From: a bacterium
GTDB lineage: Bacteria > Pseudomonadota > Alphaproteobacteria > Rs-D84
Assembly: GCA_014803525.1 (NCBI GenBank)
Contig: JAAVBP010000002.1
Coordinates: 6,492-70,491, forward strand
Direction: 5' to 3'
DNA: 64,000 nt
Below are positions 54,528 through 64,000 of this stretch, one piece after another; the stretch's first letter is position 1; each line of letters begins with the position of its first letter. Under the pieces are notes generated by a model, which worked only from the letters and a program-made list of their open reading frames with translations, was not told the DNA's origin and ran no database searches. Both the position numbers and the translations under genes were made by a program.

Positions 54528-55123
54528 AATGTTTTTCGTCCCCCAAACGCCAGTGTTAACGTGCCATCATCAATATAATCCAGGTCACCGCCCAACGGCA
54601 CGCCGGACGCCAATTCAGAGAATGCAACATCCGATGAATCTTGCACAATTGACATAACATAATGCTGGGTTGTTTTACCCTCAACCGTATTGGGCAATGC
54701 GAAAATTATTTCTGTGATTTTTTCATCCGCAATTCGCGCAGGCAATGATGCAATGTTTAAATCATCCGGCATTGTTCCCGCCGCCCCCGACAAAACACCG
54801 CCGATAATATGATAACGGCCATGAAAGACAGATGCCTTTTCCAATGTCCAAACATCCGCCAGGTCGCGCACCACGCACAGCTGACCGTTCGCACGCGAAC
54901 TATCGCGACAAAATTCACATGCATCCGAATCCCGGTCCGTCAACACACCACACCGCGGACATGGTGCAATTGATGTGGCCGCGTCTGACAGCACCGTCGC
55001 CAGCGCCGCCGCGCGTCCTGTTTTATCCTGTAACAACGCCAAGACGATACGCTGACCGCCGCGCGCGCCAACACGTGGTAATTTTGCAAATTGTTTTATC
55101 AGTTTTTCTATTTTCGGATTCAT
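54524..55123 (-). CDS. recR: Recombination protein RecR
   Basis: LPRVGARGGQRI HhH, CPRCG..CEFC zinc finger, Toprim region. Start at ATG 55123. Confidence 0.9.
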   Translation of the reverse strand: MNPKIEKLIKQFAKLPRVGARGGQRIVLALLQDKTGRAAALATVLSDAATSIAPCPRCGVLTDRDSDACEFCRDSSRANGQLCVVRDLADVWTLEKASVFHGRYHIIGGVLSGAAGTMPDDLNIASLPARIADEKITEIIFALPNTVEGKTTQHYVMSIVQDSSDVAFSELASGVPLGGDLDYIDDGTLTLAFGGRKTL

Positions 55124-55142
55124 GGTACCAGCGATAATATCA

Positions 55143-56267
55143 TTAATGAAAAATATAGCAATCAATTCCCGCAGCGGTCGCACGCGATTTTATGTCGGAT
55201 GCAGAACCTTCGGACAAGCCATTTGCACGCACGCGATACATGCCCGAACCATTTGGTTCCACAACAGGCGTGATACCAATTGCGCTTTGCACACGCGCAA
55301 CCTGGGCTGCGGCGGCAGCCTCTGATGAAAACGCCCCAAACTGCACCCCCGCACTTCCAGATGTTGCCGGAACCGTTACAACTGGCTTTGGTTTCGGCTG
55401 CGCTGATGGTGCGGGCGCCTGAACAGGCGCCGTAACCGGCGTTGTTTTTGTGACCGGCGCAGCGTTTGTGCCCAGCATATTAAAACCCTTGTTCAACAGG
55501 TTGGTTGAAACCGACGCACGAACATCTTTGTTTTCAGCCCCCAGCACCACCGACATCAAGCGATGCCCATCACGCGCGGCGGTCGCCACAAGCGAATATT
55601 TAGACTTGTTTGTATATCCGGTCTTCATCCCGTCGCACCCCGGATATGTACCCAGTAACCGATTGCCATTTGTATATGTTTTACCGTTATATGTCCACGT
55701 CTTTATCCCGAAATATTTCCAATATTGCGGGAAATGTTTATACACCGCCATGGACAGCAATGCGATATCACGCGCCGTCGACATATGATCATCGTTCGGC
55801 AGACCTGATGAATTTTCAAAGTGCGTTTTGGCCAATCCAATTTCACCCGCGACGCGCGTCATCAGTGATGCAAAGTTACCTTCTTTGCCGCCCTTTAAAT
55901 TTTCAGCCAAAACGCGGGCGACATCATTCGCACTGACCACTGCGACGGCCTTGATCGCATCTTCGACCTTGATCTTGCTGCCCGCGGCCAGACCAAGTTT
56001 TACCGGCGATGCATCGGCGGCGGCCTTGGACACAATCAGATAATCATCCATATGCAGGCGGCCGTGCTCCAACGCATCAAACGTTAAATACAGCGTCATG
56101 ATTTTGGTCAAACTGGCTGGATAATTCAAATCATTCGCATTTTCAGAATATAGTACCCGGCCCGTGTCCATATCGGCAACCAATGCCGCACGATACCCTG
56201 CAGCAGTCGCCACAGATGGTGCACAGACAATCACGGCGGCACAGATAAAACGCAAAAATCCTCTCAT
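55143..56267 (-). CDS. D-alanyl-D-alanine carboxypeptidase (PBP5/6, S11) with C-terminal SPOR domain
   Basis: ASLTKIMT (SxxK) and KTGYT. C-terminal GVQFGAFSSEAAAAAQVARV..MYRVRANGL..GIDCYIF is SPOR-like. Confidence 0.85.
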   Translation of the reverse strand: MRGFLRFICAAVIVCAPSVATAAGYRAALVADMDTGRVLYSENANDLNYPASLTKIMTLYLTFDALEHGRLHMDDYLIVSKAAADASPVKLGLAAGSKIKVEDAIKAVAVVSANDVARVLAENLKGGKEGNFASLMTRVAGEIGLAKTHFENSSGLPNDDHMSTARDIALLSMAVYKHFPQYWKYFGIKTWTYNGKTYTNGNRLLGTYPGCDGMKTGYTNKSKYSLVATAARDGHRLMSVVLGAENKDVRASVSTNLLNKGFNMLGTNAAPVTKTTPVTAPVQAPAPSAQPKPKPVVTVPATSGSAGVQFGAFSSEAAAAAQVARVQSAIGITPVVEPNGSGMYRVRANGLSEGSASDIKSRATAAGIDCYIFH

Positions 56268-56338
56268 AATTTTTTATGCTACAAAAAATCCGCCCTTGAC
56301 GTCAAGGGCGGATGTAATCACAACAAATAAATTTGCGA

Positions 56339-57712
56339 TTATTTTACCAATGATACGATGCGTTTGCAACCGCATACCGATACCAATGTGCCTTCGACGC
56401 CGCATTTTTTGGCCGCGGCCGCCGCATCATGGGATGCAAACAGATCCGCATCCAGGATAGAACGCACGCCACGTGACAACGCCAACTGGTTCGCAACAAC
56501 TTCTTTGTCGCATACCGCAATAATCGGCATATTCGGACGACGGCAAGAAATTTCGGTTGCCGCAGCCGTATCCGGCGCGAACACAACGATTGCGTCTGCA
56601 TCATTCAATTCGGCCATAACCGCAACAGACAGCGACCAATCATTTTCCGGCAGATCTTCTACATCCGACCAATCCTGGGAATTTTCAACAGAATCAATAT
56701 CCGCGTTCAGCAAAATTTTTGCCATTGTTGCGGCAACGAACGGCGGATTTTCGCTGATGGTTGTTTCTTCGGATGTCATTGTTGAATCAACATGCAGATA
56801 TGCCGCTGTTGCAATGTCAGAAATTTCTGCACGTGTCGGGAAATCACTGTTAACCATAGAACCCAACATCTGTGTCGCCATGATAACCGGTTTGTTCTTT
56901 TCACGGCACAGGCGAACAATACGACGGGAAATTGCCGGTACTTTTTCAAACGGAACCTCTACCGCCAAGTCACCACGTGCAATCATGATACCATCGGCCG
57001 CGTCAACAATTTCTTCGATTTTCTCAACCGCTTGGGGTCGTTCAATTTTCGCAATGATCTTTACCGGATGTGATGTACGCGCAGTGATGAATTCACGTGT
57101 TTCCGCGACGTCTTCTGGTTTCTGTACGAACGAAATCGCAACAAAGTCCGGGTTCTTGGTCAAAACATATTCCAAGTCCGCACGATCTTTGGCCGTCAGA
57201 ACAGATGTTGCAACCTCGGTATCCGGCAGATTGAATCCACGACGGGACCAGATTTCGGTACCACGGATAACAATGGCTTCGATGCTGTCAGAGTTTACTT
57301 TTTCAACCTGCATTTCAATCTTACCATCGTTCAGCAAGATGCGATCGCCAGCCTTTAATGAATGAATAACGTCCATATCCGGCAACTGTACACGGTTGGA
57401 ATTACCCGGGGTCGGATCGGAATCGAATACGAATTTCTGGCCCGGTTTGATCGGGAATTTATCTTCGGTTTCAAAGTTACCAATGCGGTGTTTCGGCCCC
57501 TGCAGGTCGGCCAGAATCGCAACCGGATTACCAGTGCGCGCAGAAATTTCGCGAACCGCATCAATTTTTGCACCCTGAACATCGCCGCCATCATGGCTGA
57601 AATTCAAACGGCATACGTTTACACCCGCCGCAATCATTTTCTCCAGCATTTCTGTGCTGCCACTTTTCGGGCCGATGGACGAAGTAATTTTCGTGAATCT
57701 TTTCATTTCCAA
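56339..57712 (-). CDS. pyk: Pyruvate kinase
   Basis: TKITSSIGP..MLEKMIAAGVNVCRLNFSH and MIARGDLAVE motifs. Confidence 0.92.
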   Translation of the reverse strand: MEMKRFTKITSSIGPKSGSTEMLEKMIAAGVNVCRLNFSHDGGDVQGAKIDAVREISARTGNPVAILADLQGPKHRIGNFETEDKFPIKPGQKFVFDSDPTPGNSNRVQLPDMDVIHSLKAGDRILLNDGKIEMQVEKVNSDSIEAIVIRGTEIWSRRGFNLPDTEVATSVLTAKDRADLEYVLTKNPDFVAISFVQKPEDVAETREFITARTSHPVKIIAKIERPQAVEKIEEIVDAADGIMIARGDLAVEVPFEKVPAISRRIVRLCREKNKPVIMATQMLGSMVNSDFPTRAEISDIATAAYLHVDSTMTSEETTISENPPFVAATMAKILLNADIDSVENSQDWSDVEDLPENDWSLSVAVMAELNDADAIVVFAPDTAAATEISCRRPNMPIIAVCDKEVVANQLALSRGVRSILDADLFASHDAAAAAKKCGVEGTLVSVCGCKRIVSLVK

Positions 57713-57797
57713 TCCTTTAAGGTTATTAAATTTGTTTTCTTGATTTTTGGCTTTTATGGTATATCATGGAATTTAGGAATTAACAAGGGGAATTTTC

Positions 57798-58046
57798 ATG
57801 AAAAACGCAAATCACGGCGCAATTGACAATCAGCAGTTGTTGACCATTATTGAACGCATAGAAAAGCTGAACGAGGATACGGCCGCCATCGCTGCAGATA
57901 TCAAGGAAATTTATAGCGAAGCGAAATCTGCCGGATTCGATCCTAAATATATCCGCCAGATGATACGCCTGCGCAAACTGGATCCGGATGAATTGGATGA
58001 GGCAGACGAACTGACAAAAATGTATCGCAGCGCGCTGGGGATATAA
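57798..58046 (+). CDS. gapR: DUF2312/UPF0335 nucleoid-associated protein (GapR family)
   Basis: QLLTIIERIEKLNEDTAAIAADIKEIYSEAKSAGFDPKYIRQMIRLRK. Confidence 0.8.
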   Translation: MKNANHGAIDNQQLLTIIERIEKLNEDTAAIAADIKEIYSEAKSAGFDPKYIRQMIRLRKLDPDELDEADELTKMYRSALGI

Positions 58047-58360
58047 TGAAAAAATTCACACGACGCATCGAAGATTTTAACTGCGCCCATTGCGGCGCAG
58101 TTGTTCATGGAAACGGATATACAAACCACTGCCCGAAATGCATTTGGTCACGGCATGTGGATATCAACCCGGGCGATCGGGCGGCGACGTGTATGGGCAT
58201 GATGCGTCCCATCGCCGCCGCACCGGCGAGTGACCATTTTATAATTACACACAAATGCGAAACGTGCGGCAAGACAATACGTCAAAAATCATCCCCCGAT
58301 GATGATACGGACACGATTATAAAAATTAGTGCCAACGACGATTTTATCTTTGGCAAATAG
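58046..58360 (+). CDS. RNHCP domain protein
   Basis: FNCAHCGAVVHGNGYTNHCPKCIWSRHVD. Confidence 0.75.
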   Translation: MKKFTRRIEDFNCAHCGAVVHGNGYTNHCPKCIWSRHVDINPGDRAATCMGMMRPIAAAPASDHFIITHKCETCGKTIRQKSSPDDDTDTIIKISANDDFIFGK

Positions 58361-58385
58361 CGTTTTTATTCCTATAATCGCATCC

Positions 58386-60353
58386 ATGAAAGATTGGATT
58401 CGTGCGCAATATCAAAATGCATTTCTATGGGCACCGTTTTTAATGACGGCGGGGGCTGGTGCCTATTTTACACTGGCGAATAATGTGTGCGGTGTATTAT
58501 GCGGGGCGGCTGCGACGATTGCATGTATGGGAATTATTTTCAAAAACAAATATGTATTTCGCGGGGCCGGACTGTTTCTGTTTGGATTTTTATATACAAT
58601 ATTATTCACACATATTTTTGCAACGCCACAAATATGGCGCCCAACCCGTAATACGGAAATCACAGGACGCGTAACATCAATTGATTACAGCACAGATAAA
58701 ACACGTATATTTTTATCCATACCGCGTGATGTAATTAAATCGGGTGTGCACGGAAACGCAACCGTTCGCCTGAACATCAAAGACGATATGCCAATTCCAA
58801 ATATCGGCGATAAGATCAATGCAACCGCCAGTATATTTCCACCAGCAATTGCCGATGCACCGGAAACATTTGATTATGCGCGATGGGCGTACTTTAATAA
58901 TCTGTCCGGGACAGGATACATTACAGACATGCAAATTATCCGACATGATAATGCCGGTGGTATCACCAAATTGCGTGACCGGTTGCACCATGCGGCAAAT
59001 TCTTTTTTAAGTGACGGTTTGGTTTTGGGGTATAAAGGAACACTGCCCAGCGACGATCGCGAAACATGGACAACAATTGGCATCGGTCACGTATGGGCGA
59101 TCAGTGGATTTCACATGACGTTGGTATCCACATGGTTCTTTTTGATATTCTTTGCCATATTCCGCAGGATTCCATATATCACACGTCGCGTGCCCGCACG
59201 AATTCCGGCGTTGATATGTGCATGGTTCGGATTACTGATGTATCTATTAATATCGGGAATGAGTGTTGCAACCGTGCGTGCATTCTTGATGGCGACATTG
59301 ATATTCAGCGCATTTATTATCGGACGCACGGCCCTGTCGATGCGTAATATCTGTTTGGTATTTTGCGCAATATTTCTGATTAATCCACATTATATAATGC
59401 AACCTGGATTCCAGTTATCTTTTTCCGCGGTATTCGGTCTGATATGGTTTTGGTCGCAATACAGACCCGCACGACGCCAAACCCGCATCGGCCGAACAGT
59501 ATTTGCAATTTATGCAGCTGCCATGACATCAATTGTCGCGACAATATTTACCGCCCCATTTGTTGCAATGCATTTCTATGCCATGCCCATGTATGGATTG
59601 ATTGGGAACCTGATACTGTTGCCGATATTTTCATTTGCAATCATGCCATTGGTTTTCATCGGAACATTTATTGCGGCACTTGGATGGCATGGACCGATAT
59701 GCTTGGCGCATCATGTTTATACTTTTACACTGGATATCGCCCAGGAAATTGTAGACCTGCCACACGCAAATATTGCGATGCCGCATATTCCAAATGTGGC
59801 GGTTGCGATAATAATATTTGGATTTTTATGCCTGATGTTTATCCGCAACACTGAAAACGCCAGACGCATTATGCGCGGATTACGTTATTATATATTCATC
59901 GCATGTGTTGCGACGGGAATTTATATTATCGCAACCGCACCGCGACCGGTCTTTTATGCGACCGCCGATCATGAATTAATTGCGTTTGTCGAGAACGGAA
60001 AACTGATATTTAGCAAATCATATGCATCCGGTCACTTCTTTACATTTGACACGTGGCGTCAATTAAATGGCGAACCCGTCGGCACCCCACCCATTAAACG
60101 CAAGGCAGAACGCGGCGTATGGATGTATAAATCAGAAAACTTTACCGTCGTATATATTCAACGCTTTAAACCGTTGTCGCGGGAAATTGTAAATATGTGT
60201 CGCGATGATAATATCGATTATATCGTGTCATACTTTGATGTGCAGAGTCCGAAATGCAATCATAAAATTTTGCGTGGTGGGTTTGTTATCTATCCCGATG
60301 GGCATGTACGCCAGAGTTTTATTCCGCGCCCGTGGAATAATCCGCAGAAATAA
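58386..60353 (+). CDS. comEC: ComEC/Rec2 family competence membrane protein
   Basis: Polytopic; GIGHVWAISGFHM core motif. Start at ATG 58386 (MKDWIRAQ). Confidence 0.8.
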   Translation: MKDWIRAQYQNAFLWAPFLMTAGAGAYFTLANNVCGVLCGAAATIACMGIIFKNKYVFRGAGLFLFGFLYTILFTHIFATPQIWRPTRNTEITGRVTSIDYSTDKTRIFLSIPRDVIKSGVHGNATVRLNIKDDMPIPNIGDKINATASIFPPAIADAPETFDYARWAYFNNLSGTGYITDMQIIRHDNAGGITKLRDRLHHAANSFLSDGLVLGYKGTLPSDDRETWTTIGIGHVWAISGFHMTLVSTWFFLIFFAIFRRIPYITRRVPARIPALICAWFGLLMYLLISGMSVATVRAFLMATLIFSAFIIGRTALSMRNICLVFCAIFLINPHYIMQPGFQLSFSAVFGLIWFWSQYRPARRQTRIGRTVFAIYAAAMTSIVATIFTAPFVAMHFYAMPMYGLIGNLILLPIFSFAIMPLVFIGTFIAALGWHGPICLAHHVYTFTLDIAQEIVDLPHANIAMPHIPNVAVAIIIFGFLCLMFIRNTENARRIMRGLRYYIFIACVATGIYIIATAPRPVFYATADHELIAFVENGKLIFSKSYASGHFFTFDTWRQLNGEPVGTPPIKRKAERGVWMYKSENFTVVYIQRFKPLSREIVNMCRDDNIDYIVSYFDVQSPKCNHKILRGGFVIYPDGHVRQSFIPRPWNNPQK

Positions 60354-61065
60354 AATAGAGTCCCGCCGCCGGTGCGGTTGGGCCGGCCGCGCTGCGATTT
60401 TTTGCCGCAAAAATTTCATCGACATCGTATGGTTTTCCGAGTCCAATCTCAACCAGCGTTCCCACAATATTTCGCACCATGTGATGCAGAAACGAACGCG
60501 CGGAAAATTCAAAAATTATTTTATCGCCGTCGCGCACAACGCGCGCAACGTCCAGTGTTTTTATCGGACTTTTTGCCTGGCATTCGGATGCGCGAAAACT
60601 GGTAAAATCATGATTGCCGATAAGTTTATCTGCAGCCACGCGCATCGCATCAACATCCAATTCGCGCGGCACCCACCACACGCGATTTTTTTCCAATACC
60701 GGCGCCGCCCGACGATTTAGCACCACGTATTTATAATGACGCGCGGTGCAATCAAAGCGCGCATGAAAATCATCCGGCACAATTTCACATGATAAAATTG
60801 ACACCGGTTTATCCGTTAAATAAAAGTTCACCGCACGCATAACGGTGTTTGCATCGCGGTCGCCCGGCAAATCAAAGTGCGCCGTCATCCCAACCGCATG
60901 CACACCAGCATCCGTACGCCCGGCGGCCACAACATCGGGGCGCGCGCCACAGAATTTTTCGATGGCGTCCTTTATTAACGATTGCACGGACGGGCCCTGG
61001 CGGTTTTCCTGCCACCCTATTAAATCCGTCCCATCGTATTCAAGAGTTACCCTGTATCGTGTCAT
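60319..61065 (-). CDS. truA: tRNA pseudouridine(38-40) synthase
   Basis: TLEYDGTDLIGWQ and AAGRTDAGVHA catalytic motif. Start at ATG 61065. Confidence 0.9.
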   Translation of the reverse strand: MTRYRVTLEYDGTDLIGWQENRQGPSVQSLIKDAIEKFCGARPDVVAAGRTDAGVHAVGMTAHFDLPGDRDANTVMRAVNFYLTDKPVSILSCEIVPDDFHARFDCTARHYKYVVLNRRAAPVLEKNRVWWVPRELDVDAMRVAADKLIGNHDFTSFRASECQAKSPIKTLDVARVVRDGDKIIFEFSARSFLHHMVRNIVGTLVEIGLGKPYDVDEIFAAKNRSAAGPTAPAAGLYFISADYSTGAE

Positions 61066-61466
61066 TATCTTGTCTTGTATTCGTATGCTTGACATAACTG
61101 GCAACGGCTTTTTTGCACTAAATCCAGTTCTGCCCGCTCCGCCGCCAGTTTTTCAAATGTCGAACAACCATGACAATGCGTGCCGAAACATTTCAAGCAT
61201 GGGCACGTGCCGTTATCGTTATGTTCGGACACCGCGACATTCGCGTGAAATAATCCGCACATGGGTTTTGATTGCATCATCATCTTAACGTGAACGCCCG
61301 CCATAATTTTTGTGATATCGAAAGCGCGAACAATATCCGTCATACGCCACAATCTTGGGCCCCAAAAACGCCAAATGCAACAGTGACACGTCATAGCATG
61401 CAAACCACACGCGATAATTGCCAAAGTGTCTGCAATATCTGCATTGTTTTGGATATGGATTTCCAT
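61065..61466 (-). CDS. Cys/His-rich hypothetical protein (133 aa) between fmt and truA
   Basis: Stop overlaps the truA start as TAATG. 12 Cys, including TCHCC and CPCLKCFGTHCHGC. Family not recognised. Confidence 0.5.
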   Translation of the reverse strand: MEIHIQNNADIADTLAIIACGLHAMTCHCCIWRFWGPRLWRMTDIVRAFDITKIMAGVHVKMMMQSKPMCGLFHANVAVSEHNDNGTCPCLKCFGTHCHGCSTFEKLAAERAELDLVQKSRCQLCQAYEYKTR

Positions 61467-61516
61467 TTACATTTTTATTCACATGTTTGCTGGCGCCAAA
61501 TTCTATCTCCGACATA

Positions 61517-62326
61517 TTATTCCCCTATTTTTATATCCGCGCCGCGGTGACCGTTTAGGAAACTTTTCCAATCCATCGGCTTTTTCCCCGCGGGTTGCAG
61601 ACGCAATATTTCAAGTGCACCATCCGCGCCGATGCGCGTTTCCAAAATCTTTACATCCACACCGTTTATCTTTGTTCGCCCCGCGCCCAGGGCACGGATC
61701 ATATTATGAATTTCACGCGGTGGTTTGCCCCAATCGATGATTTCATCGTCGCCTGTAAATTTGCGTGTAAATGTGGGCGTGCCACTTTGCGGCACGGCCG
61801 GGTAAAGAGATGGATTCTTCAAATACTCAATTACCATATCCGCACCGATTTCGGCAACGCGCGCCTCTATCATTTCATTGGTGTCGTTTTCACCAATTTC
61901 AAATGGCGTACGCATATAAACATCACCCGCATCCAGTTCCGGCGTCACCGCCATCAAACAAACCGCCGACGCCGCATCCCCGTTATAAATCGCCGTGCGT
62001 ATCGGTGCCGGCCCGCGATAACGCGGCAGGTCACTTGGGTGAATATTAATGCACGGCGCAGAATTCAAAACATTATCACGCAGAATTGCCCCATAAGACA
62101 CAACCACAACCATATCGGGATGCATATCGTATTCACGCGGATTGTGATGCACTGGGATTCCGCGTGCATCGGCCCATGTGTGCACCGGTGATGGCGTTAA
62201 AATTTGTTTGCGTCCCACCGGTTTCGGCCCACGGGTGTACACGGCCATTATTTCATGACCAGCGTTTGCAATTTTTTCAAAAATCGGAACAACGAACGCG
62301 TTTGTTCCCATCAGTACCAGCTTCAT
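61517..62326 (-). CDS. fmt: Methionyl-tRNA formyltransferase (short form, 269 aa)
   Basis: INIHPSDLPRYRGPAPI motif. Overlaps the def stop. Confidence 0.88.
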   Translation of the reverse strand: MKLVLMGTNAFVVPIFEKIANAGHEIMAVYTRGPKPVGRKQILTPSPVHTWADARGIPVHHNPREYDMHPDMVVVVSYGAILRDNVLNSAPCINIHPSDLPRYRGPAPIRTAIYNGDAASAVCLMAVTPELDAGDVYMRTPFEIGENDTNEMIEARVAEIGADMVIEYLKNPSLYPAVPQSGTPTFTRKFTGDDEIIDWGKPPREIHNMIRALGAGRTKINGVDVKILETRIGADGALEILRLQPAGKKPMDWKSFLNGHRGADIKIGE

Positions 62327-62823
62327 TTTCTTTTCCGAACCTTTCTCATTACCATTTCGCGACGCACCGGCGCCAACAAATCGATAAACAACCGCCCATC
62401 CAGATGATCTGTTTCATGCTGCACGATGCGGGCCGGCACGCCCGACATTTCGGCGACGCATTTTTTACCGTTTTCATCCGTCCATTCAACAACCACAGAT
62501 GCCGGGCGCACCACATAAGCAAACACCGGCAGATTATCGGGCCCCAGCACGGACAGGCAGCCCTCTTCCAGTTTGGCTGTTTCGTCGCTGTATGACACTA
62601 TGCGCGGGTTTATCATTTTATAAACCGTTTCCGTATCCGGATCCATCATCACGATAAAGCGGCGCGCGATTCCAACCTGGGGCGCGGCCAGACCAACACC
62701 GTTTTGTTCGCGCATCATTTCCACCATTTCATCCAATGTCGCGCACAGATCGGGCGTAATGTTATCGACCGGCGCACATTTTTCACGCAAAACCAAGTCA
62801 CCGCAAAGTTTCATTTGCAACAT
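62323..62823 (-). CDS. def: Peptide deformylase
   Basis: GVGLAAPQVG, EGCLS and HETDHLDG motifs. Confidence 0.93.
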   Translation of the reverse strand: MLQMKLCGDLVLREKCAPVDNITPDLCATLDEMVEMMREQNGVGLAAPQVGIARRFIVMMDPDTETVYKMINPRIVSYSDETAKLEEGCLSVLGPDNLPVFAYVVRPASVVVEWTDENGKKCVAEMSGVPARIVQHETDHLDGRLFIDLLAPVRREMVMRKVRKRK

Positions 62824-62865
62824 ATCTAAATCCTTTTATAATTGATATTAGCAAAGGATTAGGAA

Positions 62866-63747
62866 ATGACAACTTATATTTTAATTTTGTTGGTTGTAAT
62901 TGTGGCATTGCAAATGGTGATGCTGATGCGGCGGCCGGCACCAGTGGACTTTTCGCCACTGAACGAAAGTAATACGCGCCTGCGCGAAGTGTTGGCGGAT
63001 CGCCTTGGCAAACTGTCACAGAATGCGGTGGAATTAAAAAACATTGGTGATGATATTGCGAACTTTAAAAATATTTTAATGGGCAACAAACAGGCACGCG
63101 GCACATTTGGCGAAAGACAATTAGAAGACCTGATCGCCGACATTATGCCGCCGGAAAGTTATGCGTTTCAATGCGTATTGGATACAGGCGTGCGGCCGGA
63201 TTGCATAATCCGCCTGCCATATCCGCCAGGCGACATGGTAATTGACAGCAAGTTTCCGTTAGAAAGCTTTTCGCGTATGACGGCAGATCACACCGACGGC
63301 ATGGCGCGCAAACAATTTGAATTGGATGTGCGCAAGCATATTGATGCCATCGCCGAAAAATATATTATTGCCGGCGTCACGGCGGAATCCGCCATGATGT
63401 TTATCGCATCGGAATCGATATTTGAAACATTACATCGCGAATTTCCGGCGACGATCGAATATGCCGCACGACGCAAAGTCTTTATCGTATCACCATCAAC
63501 ACTGTGGGCGACATTGAACACAATTCGCGCAGTACTGTCGGATATAAAGATTAAGCGCGTTGCACAAAAGATAAAACGCGAATTGGATATGTTATTAACA
63601 GACCTGGGACGCTTGGCCGATCGGGCAGATAATTTGGGACGACACTTTGCACAAACAAATGCGGATATTGAACAATTGCAAACATCCGTGCGCAAAATCA
63701 CGCCACGTGCAACCGCCCTGCGCGATATGGATTTTGGTGAAGAGTAA
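62866..63747 (+). CDS. rmuC: DNA recombination protein RmuC (short, 293 aa)
   Basis: RGTFGERQLEDLI..PDCIIRLP..VIDSKFPLE..FIASESIF pattern. Confidence 0.8.
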   Translation: MTTYILILLVVIVALQMVMLMRRPAPVDFSPLNESNTRLREVLADRLGKLSQNAVELKNIGDDIANFKNILMGNKQARGTFGERQLEDLIADIMPPESYAFQCVLDTGVRPDCIIRLPYPPGDMVIDSKFPLESFSRMTADHTDGMARKQFELDVRKHIDAIAEKYIIAGVTAESAMMFIASESIFETLHREFPATIEYAARRKVFIVSPSTLWATLNTIRAVLSDIKIKRVAQKIKRELDMLLTDLGRLADRADNLGRHFAQTNADIEQLQTSVRKITPRATALRDMDFGEE

Positions 63748-64000
63748 ACCCTAACCCTTGTTTCCACAAATCCGGAATTTCAGAATAGTCGGATAACCCA
63801 TCGTCATAGATGTAACAGGCGCCAACCTGGTCGGGGGTTGCGTCCGGCCAAATCTGATACAGTGGTACACCATCTATCCGGGCCGATTGACCGGCCAGGC
63901 CGTGACACTCGCCAAACGTGTACACAAACATTCCCGGTGCGGCGTCCCCTGAAATTCCAGCAAACAAATCCGCCGGTATTTCCGTCAGACCGCTGCACCC
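63698..64000 (-). CDS. BspA/DUF285-like repeat surface protein, paralog 3, 3' part only (gene continues beyond window)
   Basis: Frame open to base 64000 (GCSGLTEIPADLFAGISGDAAPGMF..IDGVPLYQIWPDA..IPDLWK). The family stop after WK is replaced by CAA, which gives a 24-aa tail. Confidence 0.7.
   Translation of the reverse strand, partial: GCSGLTEIPADLFAGISGDAAPGMFVYTFGECHGLAGQSARIDGVPLYQIWPDATPDQVGACYIYDDGLSDYSEIPDLWKQGLGFTLHQNPYRAGRLHVA

Noticed and set aside
61285-61515. 76-aa ORF starting 1 nt after the fmt stop, considered as the real gene in the fmt-truA gap.
   Set aside because: It is kept only as an alternative. The overlapping 133-aa frame is longer and is stop/start-coupled to truA. 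Which frame is real, or whether there is a frameshift, cannot be settled from sequence alone.

Overview
This 64-kb chromosomal window reads like a moderately AT-rich alphaproteobacterial genome, possibly host-associated. It holds about 62 protein genes and 2 tRNAs (Arg-CCU, Trp-CCA). I recognised no rRNA, CRISPR array, transposase or integrase. The backbone is the canonical secE-nusG-rplKAJL-rpoBC block (31.1-42.9 kb, minus strand) plus rpmF-plsX, fabH-ihfA, proS, olsBA, def-fmt-truA, lspA-yidC, rsmA-recR, pyk, sodB and ldh. Unusual content: (i) A three-copy module at 8.2, 24.9 and 51.5 kb is the best candidate for something undescribed. A sigma70-type promoter drives a ~150-190 nt multi-hairpin leader RNA that ends in an intrinsic terminator directly upstream of a small XRE-type HTH gene, and helices show compensatory changes between copies. 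(ii) Three secreted BspA/DUF285-like repeat proteins have 30/31-aa tandem repeats. The two with their 5' region in the window share a leader flanked by 16-bp inverted repeats. (iii) A virB8-virB9-virB10-like type IV secretion trio has a SPOR-like tail on VirB9 and an oversized, Cys-rich VirB10, followed by two orphan genes. (iv) A 752-aa Cys-rich secreted orphan. (v) A MerR-DUF362-flavodoxin cluster sits about 2 kb from tRNA-Arg. (vi) GC-rich mosaic palindromic repeats and clustered CGAWTCG (GANTC-containing) boxes. All calls come from reading motifs in the translated ORFs and the raw sequence; no database search was possible.
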